Source of the DNA: a virus
Reading direction: 5' to 3' (one strand)
DNA length: 64,000 nt
IMG/VR virus record: IMGVR_UViG_3300042893_001103
Span: 1 to 64,000 of that record
The first letter of the stretch is position 1. Each line of letters opens with the position of its first letter. Made by a program: the position numbers and the translations under genes. Below are positions 28,482 through 38,700 of this stretch, one piece after another. The notes under the pieces were generated by a model. It made no database searches. It worked only from the letters and a program-made list of their open reading frames with translations, and had not been told where the DNA came from.

Positions 28482-28979
28482 TTATTTTTCACCTTTTGTA
28501 TAGATAGCGATATTTGTTTTTGGTTCACCAACTTCGCAGTACTGGTCTGCGTTGATGCCTAAGTCGTTTAGTGCGCCAACACGCCAGTACGAGGGTTGGA
28601 CATAATCAAGTATTCTATTGACAATTTCTTCAGTTGACAACGTCACTTCGCCAGTATCCATATCAACGGAAGACTGCTGAAGTCGTTCAAACACTTGCAT
28701 CATAAGGCCTTTGCTGTCCCATGATTTACGAGCAGAGCCAACTTTGCATTTGATTTCAGCACCGGTACTAAGTGTTAATTCTGTCTTCTTTTCGGACTGC
28801 ATTTTGTCAACCATCTTGGTTGCAAACGAATCGTAAATTGAAGCAATATCTTTCTTTACGTGGTTAAGCATTACAAGATGCTCAGACCAGACGTCAAGGT
28901 CGGCTTCGGTGACGCCTTCGCTATTGAGGAAGTTGTCAAGGGTTACGAGCATGATTCGTAAATCCGCTGGAGTTATCAT
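28482..28979 (-). CDS. Hypothetical protein (recombination module)
   Basis: 165 aa with VDMDTGEV and SYWRVGAL motifs. Confidence 0.65.
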   Translation of the reverse strand: MITPADLRIMLVTLDNFLNSEGVTEADLDVWSEHLVMLNHVKKDIASIYDSFATKMVDKMQSEKKTELTLSTGAEIKCKVGSARKSWDSKGLMMQVFERLQQSSVDMDTGEVTLSTEEIVNRILDYVQPSYWRVGALNDLGINADQYCEVGEPKTNIAIYTKGEK

Positions 28980-29024
28980 TTTGTTTCCGTCTAGTAGTAG
29001 GTACCTATGGTTAGTAGTGGGTAC

Positions 29025-30332
29025 CTAGACGATGATACTGACGATTTTCCTCTGTGGCAACCCCAGGCCAGTCAAATGTGTAAATGCCCCAACAACCGAG
29101 TCAACCTGGTCGTCGTGGTCGCAAGCCTCTGGAAACGACGACATTTCGTCCAACCAGTCGCTCAACCACGTACCCCTTACAACTCTTACGTTTCCATTGG
29201 CTACAGCAGCCGCAAAGGGTCTAGCACGAGTCAATTTATCGCCAGTTGCCCGTATTCCTGAAAAATCAAACCCTGGAACAACGTATCTGGCGTATTGGTC
29301 CACGAGGGCTTTTCCTGACGAACCAGGCTCTTGCTCCATCCTAATGGCAACTCCTCTTCCGTCCTCGTAGGCAGTCTGGGCAACTAGTTGCTCCACCTTC
29401 TCTCCCTTCACACGAGCCCTCTTAACGTCCAAGACGTAAGCAACCCCACCGTCAAAAAGGACCAAAGTTCCAACTGTCCAGTCGGGGTTGGGTGTCTGTG
29501 GGGAAGGTTCGGTGGCTGCAAGGTCCCAGAAACGCACAGCCCTGGCCGCTGACGTGACGGTTGGCACCTCAATACTGTCAATTATTACGATGTTTTCTCT
29601 CTCAAATAGAGTTCCCAAGGTGGTGCTCCACCAGTCTCCCTCTTCAAGCCTGCGCCGTTCAATTGGGTCAAGAGCCTGCAGGGCTTGGCGATAGGAGTCA
29701 GCGTCAATTCCAGGGTTGTCCGTCAGTTTACTGGGAACGAAAATTCTTCCTTTTTCGGTTCCCTCAACGATAAATCTCTGCCTAACCCAGTTTGGAGCAG
29801 GGTTTGAGGCACACCGCATTCTCAATGGAACCTGAGATAACGGTCCTGAGTTGGGGCGGCGCAAACGGGAGAACATGTACCGATAGTCCGATTCACGGAT
29901 TTCGGTGACCTCATCCATTCCAATAAACTGAAATTCTGACCCTTTATAACGAAGGTAGTCGTTTGTGTTGTTTAGGTACCCAAAAGATATTCTTGCTCCA
30001 GAAGGAAATGTCGCTACGTAACTGTTTGCGTTCCAGTGAATATCGTCATGACCGTCTATCCATGTCTTGAATCTATCCATGAGGGCACCAGGGAGCGCCA
30101 AGTCAGCATATGTACGACGAAACAAAATGGCTGAATATCCAGGAACATCAACATATTGCAGGGCTGACATTAAAAGTGCTGAACTTTTTCCACCGCCTGC
30201 GGCACCACCGAATAATGCTTCAATACCATTCGTTCTCAAAAAAACTCTTTGAGTGATAGATGCCTCTTCTGGACAGAATTCAGGTTTCTTTGGTTCTAAG
30301 TATTCAAGAACTTTTATCCAGTCAGTAGTCAT
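29025..30332 (-). CDS. terL: Terminase large subunit
   Basis: Walker A GGAAGGGKS, Walker B FIGMDE, ASNP, nuclease RFWDLAAT, EQEPGSSGK, HDDQVDS; likely start MTTDW at 30332. Confidence 0.95.
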   Translation of the reverse strand: MTTDWIKVLEYLEPKKPEFCPEEASITQRVFLRTNGIEALFGGAAGGGKSSALLMSALQYVDVPGYSAILFRRTYADLALPGALMDRFKTWIDGHDDIHWNANSYVATFPSGARISFGYLNNTNDYLRYKGSEFQFIGMDEVTEIRESDYRYMFSRLRRPNSGPLSQVPLRMRCASNPAPNWVRQRFIVEGTEKGRIFVPSKLTDNPGIDADSYRQALQALDPIERRRLEEGDWWSTTLGTLFERENIVIIDSIEVPTVTSAARAVRFWDLAATEPSPQTPNPDWTVGTLVLFDGGVAYVLDVKRARVKGEKVEQLVAQTAYEDGRGVAIRMEQEPGSSGKALVDQYARYVVPGFDFSGIRATGDKLTRARPFAAAVANGNVRVVRGTWLSDWLDEMSSFPEACDHDDQVDSVVGAFTHLTGLGLPQRKIVSIIV

Positions 30333-30393
30333 GGTTTTCTTTCTATAAGGCAATTGCACACTAGGCATGTTTTATGCGCTACGGTGTGAGCAT

Positions 30394-30618
30394 ATGAATA
30401 ATTTCATCACTAAAACGAAGTCTGCAAGTGTAAAGAGTATTAAGTTTTTATGGGGGGCGATAAAAGAATTAGCGACTCGCCCATTCTTTGCCAACGTTTT
30501 AATGGTAGGATTTATATTATTTACAAGTATAGGGGCGAGCATGGTTTCGCCTGCTTTGGGTTTCATTTCGGCGGGTGTTACATGCGGAATTTTAGGTTTC
30601 TTGCTAGGTCTTGAGTAG
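30394..30618 (+). CDS. Small two-TM membrane protein preceding portal
   Basis: Hydrophobic C-terminal half; likely start at 30394. Confidence 0.6.
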   Translation: MNNFITKTKSASVKSIKFLWGAIKELATRPFFANVLMVGFILFTSIGASMVSPALGFISAGVTCGILGFLLGLE

Positions 30619-30621
30619 AAA

Positions 30622-32676
30622 ATGGCTTGGAATAACTTTAATAATAAATCACTGAACAATCAGTCCACAAAGAGCGTCGGTCCTGGCGCTCCAATTGCGC
30701 ACAACCCTGGCTATGCCGGAAAAGCGTATTCTGACTCGTGGGATATTGAGCGTGTTTATAAAGAAGGAATGCAGAAGGTAACTTGGGTTGCTCGTTGTAT
30801 TGACGCAATTGCTGGAAACCAAGCAAGACTCCCAGTGATTCTTAGGAAAGACAACTCTCCGCAGGGTGAGATTATTGTAGGTTCAAAAGCAAAAAATTCA
30901 GAGATATTAAAAATTCTGAACACAAAATCCAATATAGGTGAAAATTCATTTATATTTAGATACAGGCTTTCTTCTCAACTCTTAATGAGCACACGAGGGG
31001 TGTTTATTGAAAAAATTTATGGCAGGGACGGCGGAGTAATTGCTCTCAACCTTCTACCCCCACAAAGCACTTCACCAATTCCTGACCCAAGAAATTTTGT
31101 TGCTGGTTACGAAGTGAAGATGCCAAACGGCGGCACCATAATCATGAAACCAAAAGATGTTATTTGGATTCGCAAACCACATCCATTAGACCCATACCTA
31201 TCAATGACCCCATTAGAGGCTGCTGGTATTGCTGTTGAGATTGAAAACTTGGCAAAGGTTTACAATAGAAACTACCTTCTAAACGATGGTCGTCCAGGAG
31301 GTCTTCTTGTTCTTCGTGGAGAAATTGACGATGATGACAAAGAAGAACTAAAGAGCAGATTCAGGGGAAACATTGCTCGTGCTGGAGCAACGACCGTTAT
31401 CTCTTCTGACGATGGTGCTGACTTTGTTGATACATCCGCCAGTCCTCGTGACGCTGCATATATTCAAATGCGTCAAATTACTAAGGAAGAAATTCTTGCA
31501 TCTTTTGGTGTTCCGGAATCAGTTATCGGAAACGCTGCTGGCAGAACATTCTCTAACGCTGGTGAAGAAATCCGAGTCTTTTGGAACGAAACAATGCTTC
31601 CGCATTTAGAGCCAATTGCTCGTGCCTTAGATGAACTTGACGACCAGCATTACATTGACTTTGACGTCAGGAATGTTCCTGTTCTTATTCTTTACGAACA
31701 GGAAAGAAACAGATACCTCAAGGATGAACTTGGTCAAGGTCTAATCAGCACAAACGAATACAGAACTGGAACTGGCAGAAAAGAAGTTGAGAGCGACCTT
31801 GCCGATTCTCTTTTATGGAACCCAAACCTCACTCCGATTGCAAACACGAAGAAGAAGATGGAAGAGCCTGCTCAGGCCGGTGTAATGGGGGCTCCAGGAG
31901 TCCCTGGGGCACCAGGAATGCCCGGAATGCCAGGAATGCCAGGAATGCCTCCAGGTGCAGAGGGAATGCCTCCAGACCCAACAACCATGCAGGGTGCTAT
32001 GGAACTCGCAACACAGGGTGAACAGATGGCTCAAAACGCAGGAATGCCACCAGTTGACGGTGTCATGTCTCCAGAGCAGGGAGCCATGCCAACCGCGCCA
32101 GCGCAAGCATCCGCAAACTACTCGGCGCTTCAAAGCAAGAGCGAACAAGAGTGGCAAACAAAAGTTGACACAACATTTAACCGATGGACAGAGATTCTTG
32201 ATAGAAGCCTGGAAAGAGTATTTGAGAGACAACAGAGAGTTGTTCTTGAGAAAGCCTCTGGTATTAAATCTAGAAAACTATTGGCAACAGGAGCGCTTGA
32301 TGTGGAAAGCATTTTCAGCGCAGATGTATGGGCTAAACAGATGGACGAAGACATTAGGCCTGTTCTTAACGCAATTATCAATGATGCACAAACAACATAT
32401 TCCGAAAAAAATCTTGTCAAGATGCCGTTAAAAAAAGAAGATATCGTCGCTCATGTCAACTCGCAAATAACCAGAATCAAGTCAGTCAACGATGAAACTG
32501 CACAGGAAATCAACAATGCCGTGTTTGCAACACTTGGCGTACATGGCGAAGAAGACAAGGTAACTACTTTGCGCACTGCTCTTGTTGGAACATTTACCAA
32601 TCTCCTAGCAAAAAAGAAATCGCAAATTGCTGAAGACGAAACGCGTCGGGCGTGGTCAATGGGTTCAAACATCTAA
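30622..32676 (+). CDS. HK97-family portal protein with Pro/Met-rich linker and truncated MuF-like tail
   Basis: WVARCIDAIAGNQARLP, SMTPLEAA, NDGRPGGLL, EEILASFGVP, TFSNA; C-terminal FERQQRVVL...IAEDETRRAW. Confidence 0.92.
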   Translation: MAWNNFNNKSLNNQSTKSVGPGAPIAHNPGYAGKAYSDSWDIERVYKEGMQKVTWVARCIDAIAGNQARLPVILRKDNSPQGEIIVGSKAKNSEILKILNTKSNIGENSFIFRYRLSSQLLMSTRGVFIEKIYGRDGGVIALNLLPPQSTSPIPDPRNFVAGYEVKMPNGGTIIMKPKDVIWIRKPHPLDPYLSMTPLEAAGIAVEIENLAKVYNRNYLLNDGRPGGLLVLRGEIDDDDKEELKSRFRGNIARAGATTVISSDDGADFVDTSASPRDAAYIQMRQITKEEILASFGVPESVIGNAAGRTFSNAGEEIRVFWNETMLPHLEPIARALDELDDQHYIDFDVRNVPVLILYEQERNRYLKDELGQGLISTNEYRTGTGRKEVESDLADSLLWNPNLTPIANTKKKMEEPAQAGVMGAPGVPGAPGMPGMPGMPGMPPGAEGMPPDPTTMQGAMELATQGEQMAQNAGMPPVDGVMSPEQGAMPTAPAQASANYSALQSKSEQEWQTKVDTTFNRWTEILDRSLERVFERQQRVVLEKASGIKSRKLLATGALDVESIFSADVWAKQMDEDIRPVLNAIINDAQTTYSEKNLVKMPLKKEDIVAHVNSQITRIKSVNDETAQEINNAVFATLGVHGEEDKVTTLRTALVGTFTNLLAKKKSQIAEDETRRAWSMGSNI

Positions 32677-32784
32677 TTTCTGTAAATAGCAAAACCTATT
32701 TAAAGAAACGTTAATATCTGTATTCAATACTTGCAATCGTTTGACTCCTTATCCTTTATTATCAATTAAGACATTAGGAGCGAC

Positions 32785-35700
32785 ATGAGTCAGCAAGATA
32801 TTCAATTTAAAGCCATTCCAGGCCAATTCAACATTGACGAGGCCCAAGGCGTCGTTGAGTGTTTCGTCGCCGGCATCGGCAATAAGGACTCAGTAGGAGA
32901 CGTTCTAATTACTGGAGCATTCACCAAAAGCCTTACCCGCCGCAAGCCCCGTGTTGTTTGGGGACACAACTGGAACGACCCAATCGGTAAAGTTCTTGAG
33001 ATTTACGAAGTTGCCCCAGGGGACAGAAGACTTCCAACAAAGATGCTCAACGCCGGTATTGGTGGCTTGTACGCAAAGGTTCAATTCAATCTCAACTCAG
33101 AAAAAGGTCGGGAAGCCTTCGCCAACGTCGCGTTCTTCGGACAAGAACAAGAGTGGTCAATCGGATACAAAACGCTTGATTCAATTTTTGACCCGAACAT
33201 CCAAGCAAACATTCTAAAAGAAGTTGAACTTTACGAAGTATCGCCAGTACTACATGGTGCCAATCAATTGACTGGAACAATTTCTGTAAAGTCTGACGAA
33301 ACAGCCGAAAAGCACATGCCCGGAATGATGATGCCTCACCATACTGGAATGAACCAAGGTCCAAAAATTATCGTCGTTAGACAGGGTGATGATGACGACG
33401 ATGACGACGACAAACCAATTTTCTCAGAGGGTCTTGCTCGGGCGCTTGGTGACAATGAAAAAGAAAGATTGACACGCGAACTACAAAGCAGAAGCGGTTC
33501 CTCAATTCAACTAGTTTCCGCTACTGAAAGCACGGCAAAGTTCAGAAGAATGACCTCTGATGGTCGTTCTGTAATGTACAGAATCGGATATCACACTCCA
33601 GACAATTACGTTACCTTTATGTTTGGCAAGCCTGAACTGGCAGACGGACAACAACCGAGTGGTTCACGTACGGTTGTTCCGTCACAGATGCCTTCAATGC
33701 CAATGCAGGTCAAGCCTGGCGTGCCAACTGGCGCAACGAACTTCGTTGTTAGTCCTGAATACGTAATGCCTAAAGGTGAGGATTATGAAAAATCAGCCTT
33801 TGACGAAGAACTAGAAAATCTTGCTCAGATTCTTGACGAGACATTTGATGTAAAAGTTGGAAGAACGCTTAGTTCCCGCAATATGTCAAAACTAAAAACA
33901 GTCCTAGAGACACTTCAAGACATTGTTTCATCAGCGGAAAAAGATGTTGAATCAAAAAGTGATTACCTAATTCCTGTCAAACTGGAAAACGCGTTTGAGA
34001 CCAAGCAATTACTTGACCCAATTTTTGATTATCACAGGGTTGAATCTCACGTGACGGAAGATGGCATTGTCATCACAACCGAAGTAACACAAGAATTTAT
34101 AGAGGCTATTGGCGTAGCCGAAAAAGCCCTGGGGCGAACGCTAAGCGGGGGCCTGGGAAAATTAGGCCGCGCCGGTAGGGGCGCGGTAAACTTTGACCCA
34201 AAAGCATGGGACGGTGACGGAGACGGAATCGTACAAGAAGGAACGCCGTACTCACGTCCTGCAATTCCTGGAGTAAACGACCGTGCATCTGGTGGAAGAG
34301 TTGACACCAATGCTGCAACCCGCGCATGGCAAAATCAACGCAGAAGCGGAATGGCTTCCCGTATGGGTAGCGATGACAACGCAGATGAATACGACGAAGC
34401 AATGGGACCACCAATGCGACGCCCAAGCAGAGGTATGGCTGACGACCCAGTTGGTGACGCTGCTTCAGAAAACCTTGATAGAGACAGAAACGCTGGCGCT
34501 GTAAGAAGTGGACTTAGTTCAAGCACTGCAGGTGTTGTCAAAATTGATATTCCTCAAATTGACAATGCCATAGAAGAATTGGCAGCCAAAGACATAGGAA
34601 TGTCTCTTAAAAGATTCAGAGAACTAACAGACGAGGGTCGTCTTCCGGAACGTTATCAAAAAGCATTTTCGGACAGAGTTAAAGTTCTTAATGATATTTT
34701 TTCTAATTTAAGCAAAGAAAAACTAGACGAAAGTCCTGGAAAAGTGCTTTCAGAAATTAGAAAAAAATTAGTTGACACTCTTTCTTCTGACGACAAAGAA
34801 GGCGACGGTTTCATTAGCCAATTTAACGATAGAAGAGAAATACAAAACTTTATAGACGGAATTGAAGAAGTTCTTAACTTGGCTTTTGACGACTATGTTG
34901 ACAGGGCTAGAGAAAATGGAACAGGCGAAGAAGCGGACGACCTTCAGGCCGAGTTGTTGTCTGACTTCACACAATCTTTAAAAAAAATATCCGAAAAATC
35001 AAAGAACCTTTTTGATGCAAGAACAAAATCCTTCCGTGGAACAGAACCAGCAAAAGCCAAAAAGGAATCAGAATCAGAAAAAGAAAGATTATTTGACTTG
35101 CTCAAAAATCTTCTTGACATGGAAGAACTTGCTAGGTACCTAGACAGCACAGAGGGCGTTGTTCCTACGGATGCATTTATTGACAGAATCAGAAAGGGAA
35201 ACATAAGTGACGAAGACCTAGTACAACTAAATGGCTTTTTTGAAGATGCACTAGAAAATATTATTACCCTTGACCCAAGCCTTGACCCAGAAAAATTAGC
35301 AAAAGAATTTTCTGATGCAATTAGAGAAGGTGCAAAAAATGATGAATCAGGAGTAATTCAGCGTATTGCAAAAGAACTGGGTGACGATGGCGTCAGTGAG
35401 GACCTCGTTCAATACCTCAAGGATGGTAGAGAAGGTTCTCCATTCCTTCCGAATAGAGGTAAAAAGGAAAGAGAAATACTTCGCGGCTTTGCTTCCAGAA
35501 CCGGCGGTGGTGACTCAAAAGGTAAAAAATTTGATGTTAGGGATAGAAAACAAAGAGAAGACAAAATCGTTGAAATGTACAACGACGGTGAAACTGTTGG
35601 CGACATATCTCGCTTTTTAAGTTCCCAGCCTGGTTCAAATGGTATTTTTACGGAACTTGCTAACATTCGCAATGTTATAGATAAAAGAAGAAAAGCGGGA

Positions 35701-38700
35701 GACGTTCCTCTTCGTTCCGTCAATCCAAACAAGGAAAGACAAGCAACAACTAACCTACGTAATGAAATCATTAGACTTTATAACGATAATGATGAATTGT
35801 CGTATCGTGAAATAGCAAAACTTACTGGTACAACCCAAGCCAATGTTACAAACACCCTTTCTTCAATGCGTAGAGGAAATGATTCTCGCATTAGAAGCGG
35901 GGACAAAGTAAGAGGCTTTTCGTCTTCTACCGGTAGTGATGGAGAGAGTGGACTTGGTTCCTCATCTGACAAGCGCGAAATGGACATGACGCTTGCTGAA
36001 TATGCAGAACTAAATGAAGTTCTTAAAAAATATATGGATGAAAGCCAACTAGACGGCATCGGTGCCGACGAAGACATGCAAGTCATCCAGAACATTCTGG
36101 ACAAACTTGATGAGAGTTCAGCCGCAAACGACTCAATCCCTCTTACGGATAAAGAAATTGACGACTACATGGACACTCTCACAAGAATGAGAGACAATGG
36201 TCCGGTTGAAGATTCAGACGATAAAGAATCAATAGATAAATTGATTGACTCTTTGAAGAAAACAAAAGACTCAAAAGATGGAACCTACGAATCAGATGCT
36301 CTTCAGCAGGCTGGAACCAGGCTTTCCCGTCCTTCTCGTGATGGACAAGGTGGCGGTCGTGGAAGAACAGCAAAACGCCCTCGCGGCTTTAAGAGTTCCA
36401 ATGGAACAATAAACCCACACAAAAAACTTGATATAGAACTAGATGATTCTGAAATCGGCGAACTTCGTGACGAACTTCAGGGTTTTATGAAAATGACAGA
36501 CAACCCTGCTCCGCTCAGGGCCATTGCTGAAAAACTTGAAAAAGCCACAAACGGCAAATTTTCAGTTGATAAAGACGAATACGAAGCAGTCATAAAAGAA
36601 ATAGACAAAATGCGAACCGACAGAGGAGTGGTCACGTCTGATGTGGTTGGGGTTCTTGAGCAAGCAGCAGAATCTCAAAAAGGAAAATACTCCAGTATTG
36701 ATGTTCGTGGTGGACGAGGCTTTGAATCATCTACTGGTGGTGGCAAAAACAACGGAGCACCATCCGACATTCCTGAGACAATGCAAAAGCAACTCATCAT
36801 GTGGGGTAGACAGCAGGGCGGACTCAGACTTGTCCAAGAAGCAATTCAGAGGTTTGACAAAGACAAGGGAACAATGCCGGCGTCGTACTGGAAGAGATTG
36901 CGCACCATGTATGAAAACATGGGGCCAGGTTCCGCTAGTGGTGCTGCTCGCAGAACTGGACGTAGGGGCATATTCGGTCGCGGAAAAGATACAGACACTT
37001 CACCACGTGGTAGTGCTGGATTTATAATTGACGACAGACCAGTACCTAAAGGCTTGCTTGATAACACAATGTCAAACAACCCGATTGTTACAGATGACTT
37101 CGTAGACACCAATTCTGGCCCCATGGGTGGCTCACAGGGTGGCGGCGTATTCAAGGACCCCAAGACTGGTAAGGAATATTACATCAAGCCGCCAAAGTCA
37201 CAAACTCATGCAGAAAACGAATCACTAATGTCTCGTTTCTATGAAAGATTAGGTATTCCTGCTGGAAAAGTAAAAGTAGGAACCTACAAAGGTCGTCCAA
37301 AAATTGTTAGCGAAATGGTTCCAGGGGCAAAACAGGTTGACCATGAATCCGAAATAAAGAACTCAGCATGGAAGAAGGCAGTTCAAGACACTTTTGTGGC
37401 TAATGCATGGCTTGCAAACTGGGACGCTGTTTCAAACTCGGGAAACACCATTAAGGGCGGAGACGGTAAAGCGTACGTCATTGATGTTGGTGGTGCTGGT
37501 CTTTTCCGAGCAAGAGGAGAAGCAAAGGGCTCGGCGTTCGGTCCTATCGTCGGGGAAATGGAATCCTTGAGAGACCCAAATCAGTCGGGCGCTAGACGTG
37601 GTGTTGCATACTGGGGAGACATTCCTCCAGCAGAAATTGCTCGTCAGGTAAAAGCAATTGGAGCAGTATCAGATTCTGAAATCAAAGAAATGGTTGATGC
37701 TGTAATTTCCGACAAAGGTGAAGCAAAGAAACTTTCTGACACCCTTATTGCGCGACGTGACTATCTGGTACAAAACTGGTCCACTGGCAAAAATAGTGGA
37801 ACTGGCAGAAGAGGTCGTACTGGCTTTTCTTCGGAAACCGATAATTACGAAAGAAGAAACAAGAGGCCTGGCGTAGCGCCAGCAATGAGACCTGCCGACT
37901 TTGAAGTACGTCCTCGTGACGGCGAGCCTACGGGTGTTGGCAAGGGTGGAGTAATGGGAACAAAGCCCGACCCCAAGTTCACTGGAGACTCTTTTGACCA
38001 AGCCAAACCAGAAGAATGGGAAAAACTTACAATTGATGAAAAATGGGGTTGGATGCTTGGGGAAGGAAACCCTGAAAAGGGTGGAACGATGTCCCCTGCC
38101 GCCTATCAGGGTGCAATGAGGAAACTTGGCGAAGAAGAAGCCAGGGAAGAAACAAAGCGCATGACTCCAGAAGAACGAAGAAAATCCCGTTCAGAATCAA
38201 GACAAAGCGCCATGGATGAACGTTCTGACAACGAGAAAGAAAGACTCACTTCCGAAAGAGAAGAGCGTCAAAAAGAAGCACAAGAATCATCTAAGCGAGT
38301 TAAGGAAGAAGCAACTGCGGAGCAAGCGAAAGCCAAGAGACAGGCGCGTCTTGATGCTTTCAATGAATGGATTGATGACTCAATTCGTGAACTTTCAGGA
38401 ATGGAATACGACGAAACAGACATCAATCCTGATTCTGAAGACATCTGGGACACTGTTTCCACAATCCTTGGCGTTGAAGACATCACTCCAAAGTCGCTAA
38501 AAGAAGCAATTGACGAACTTTCATCATATATTGACATTACTTCAGGAGAAAATGCTTACGAAAAGAAGAGTGTCGCTCGTGCTAACGCACTATTGAAGAA
38601 ACTCTTAAAGATGCAATCAGAGTATTCGGAAGACAAGTGGTTTAACGACAGAGAGGGTGGAGTGTCTGGATTCCAGTCTTCAACTGGCGACAAACCTCGC

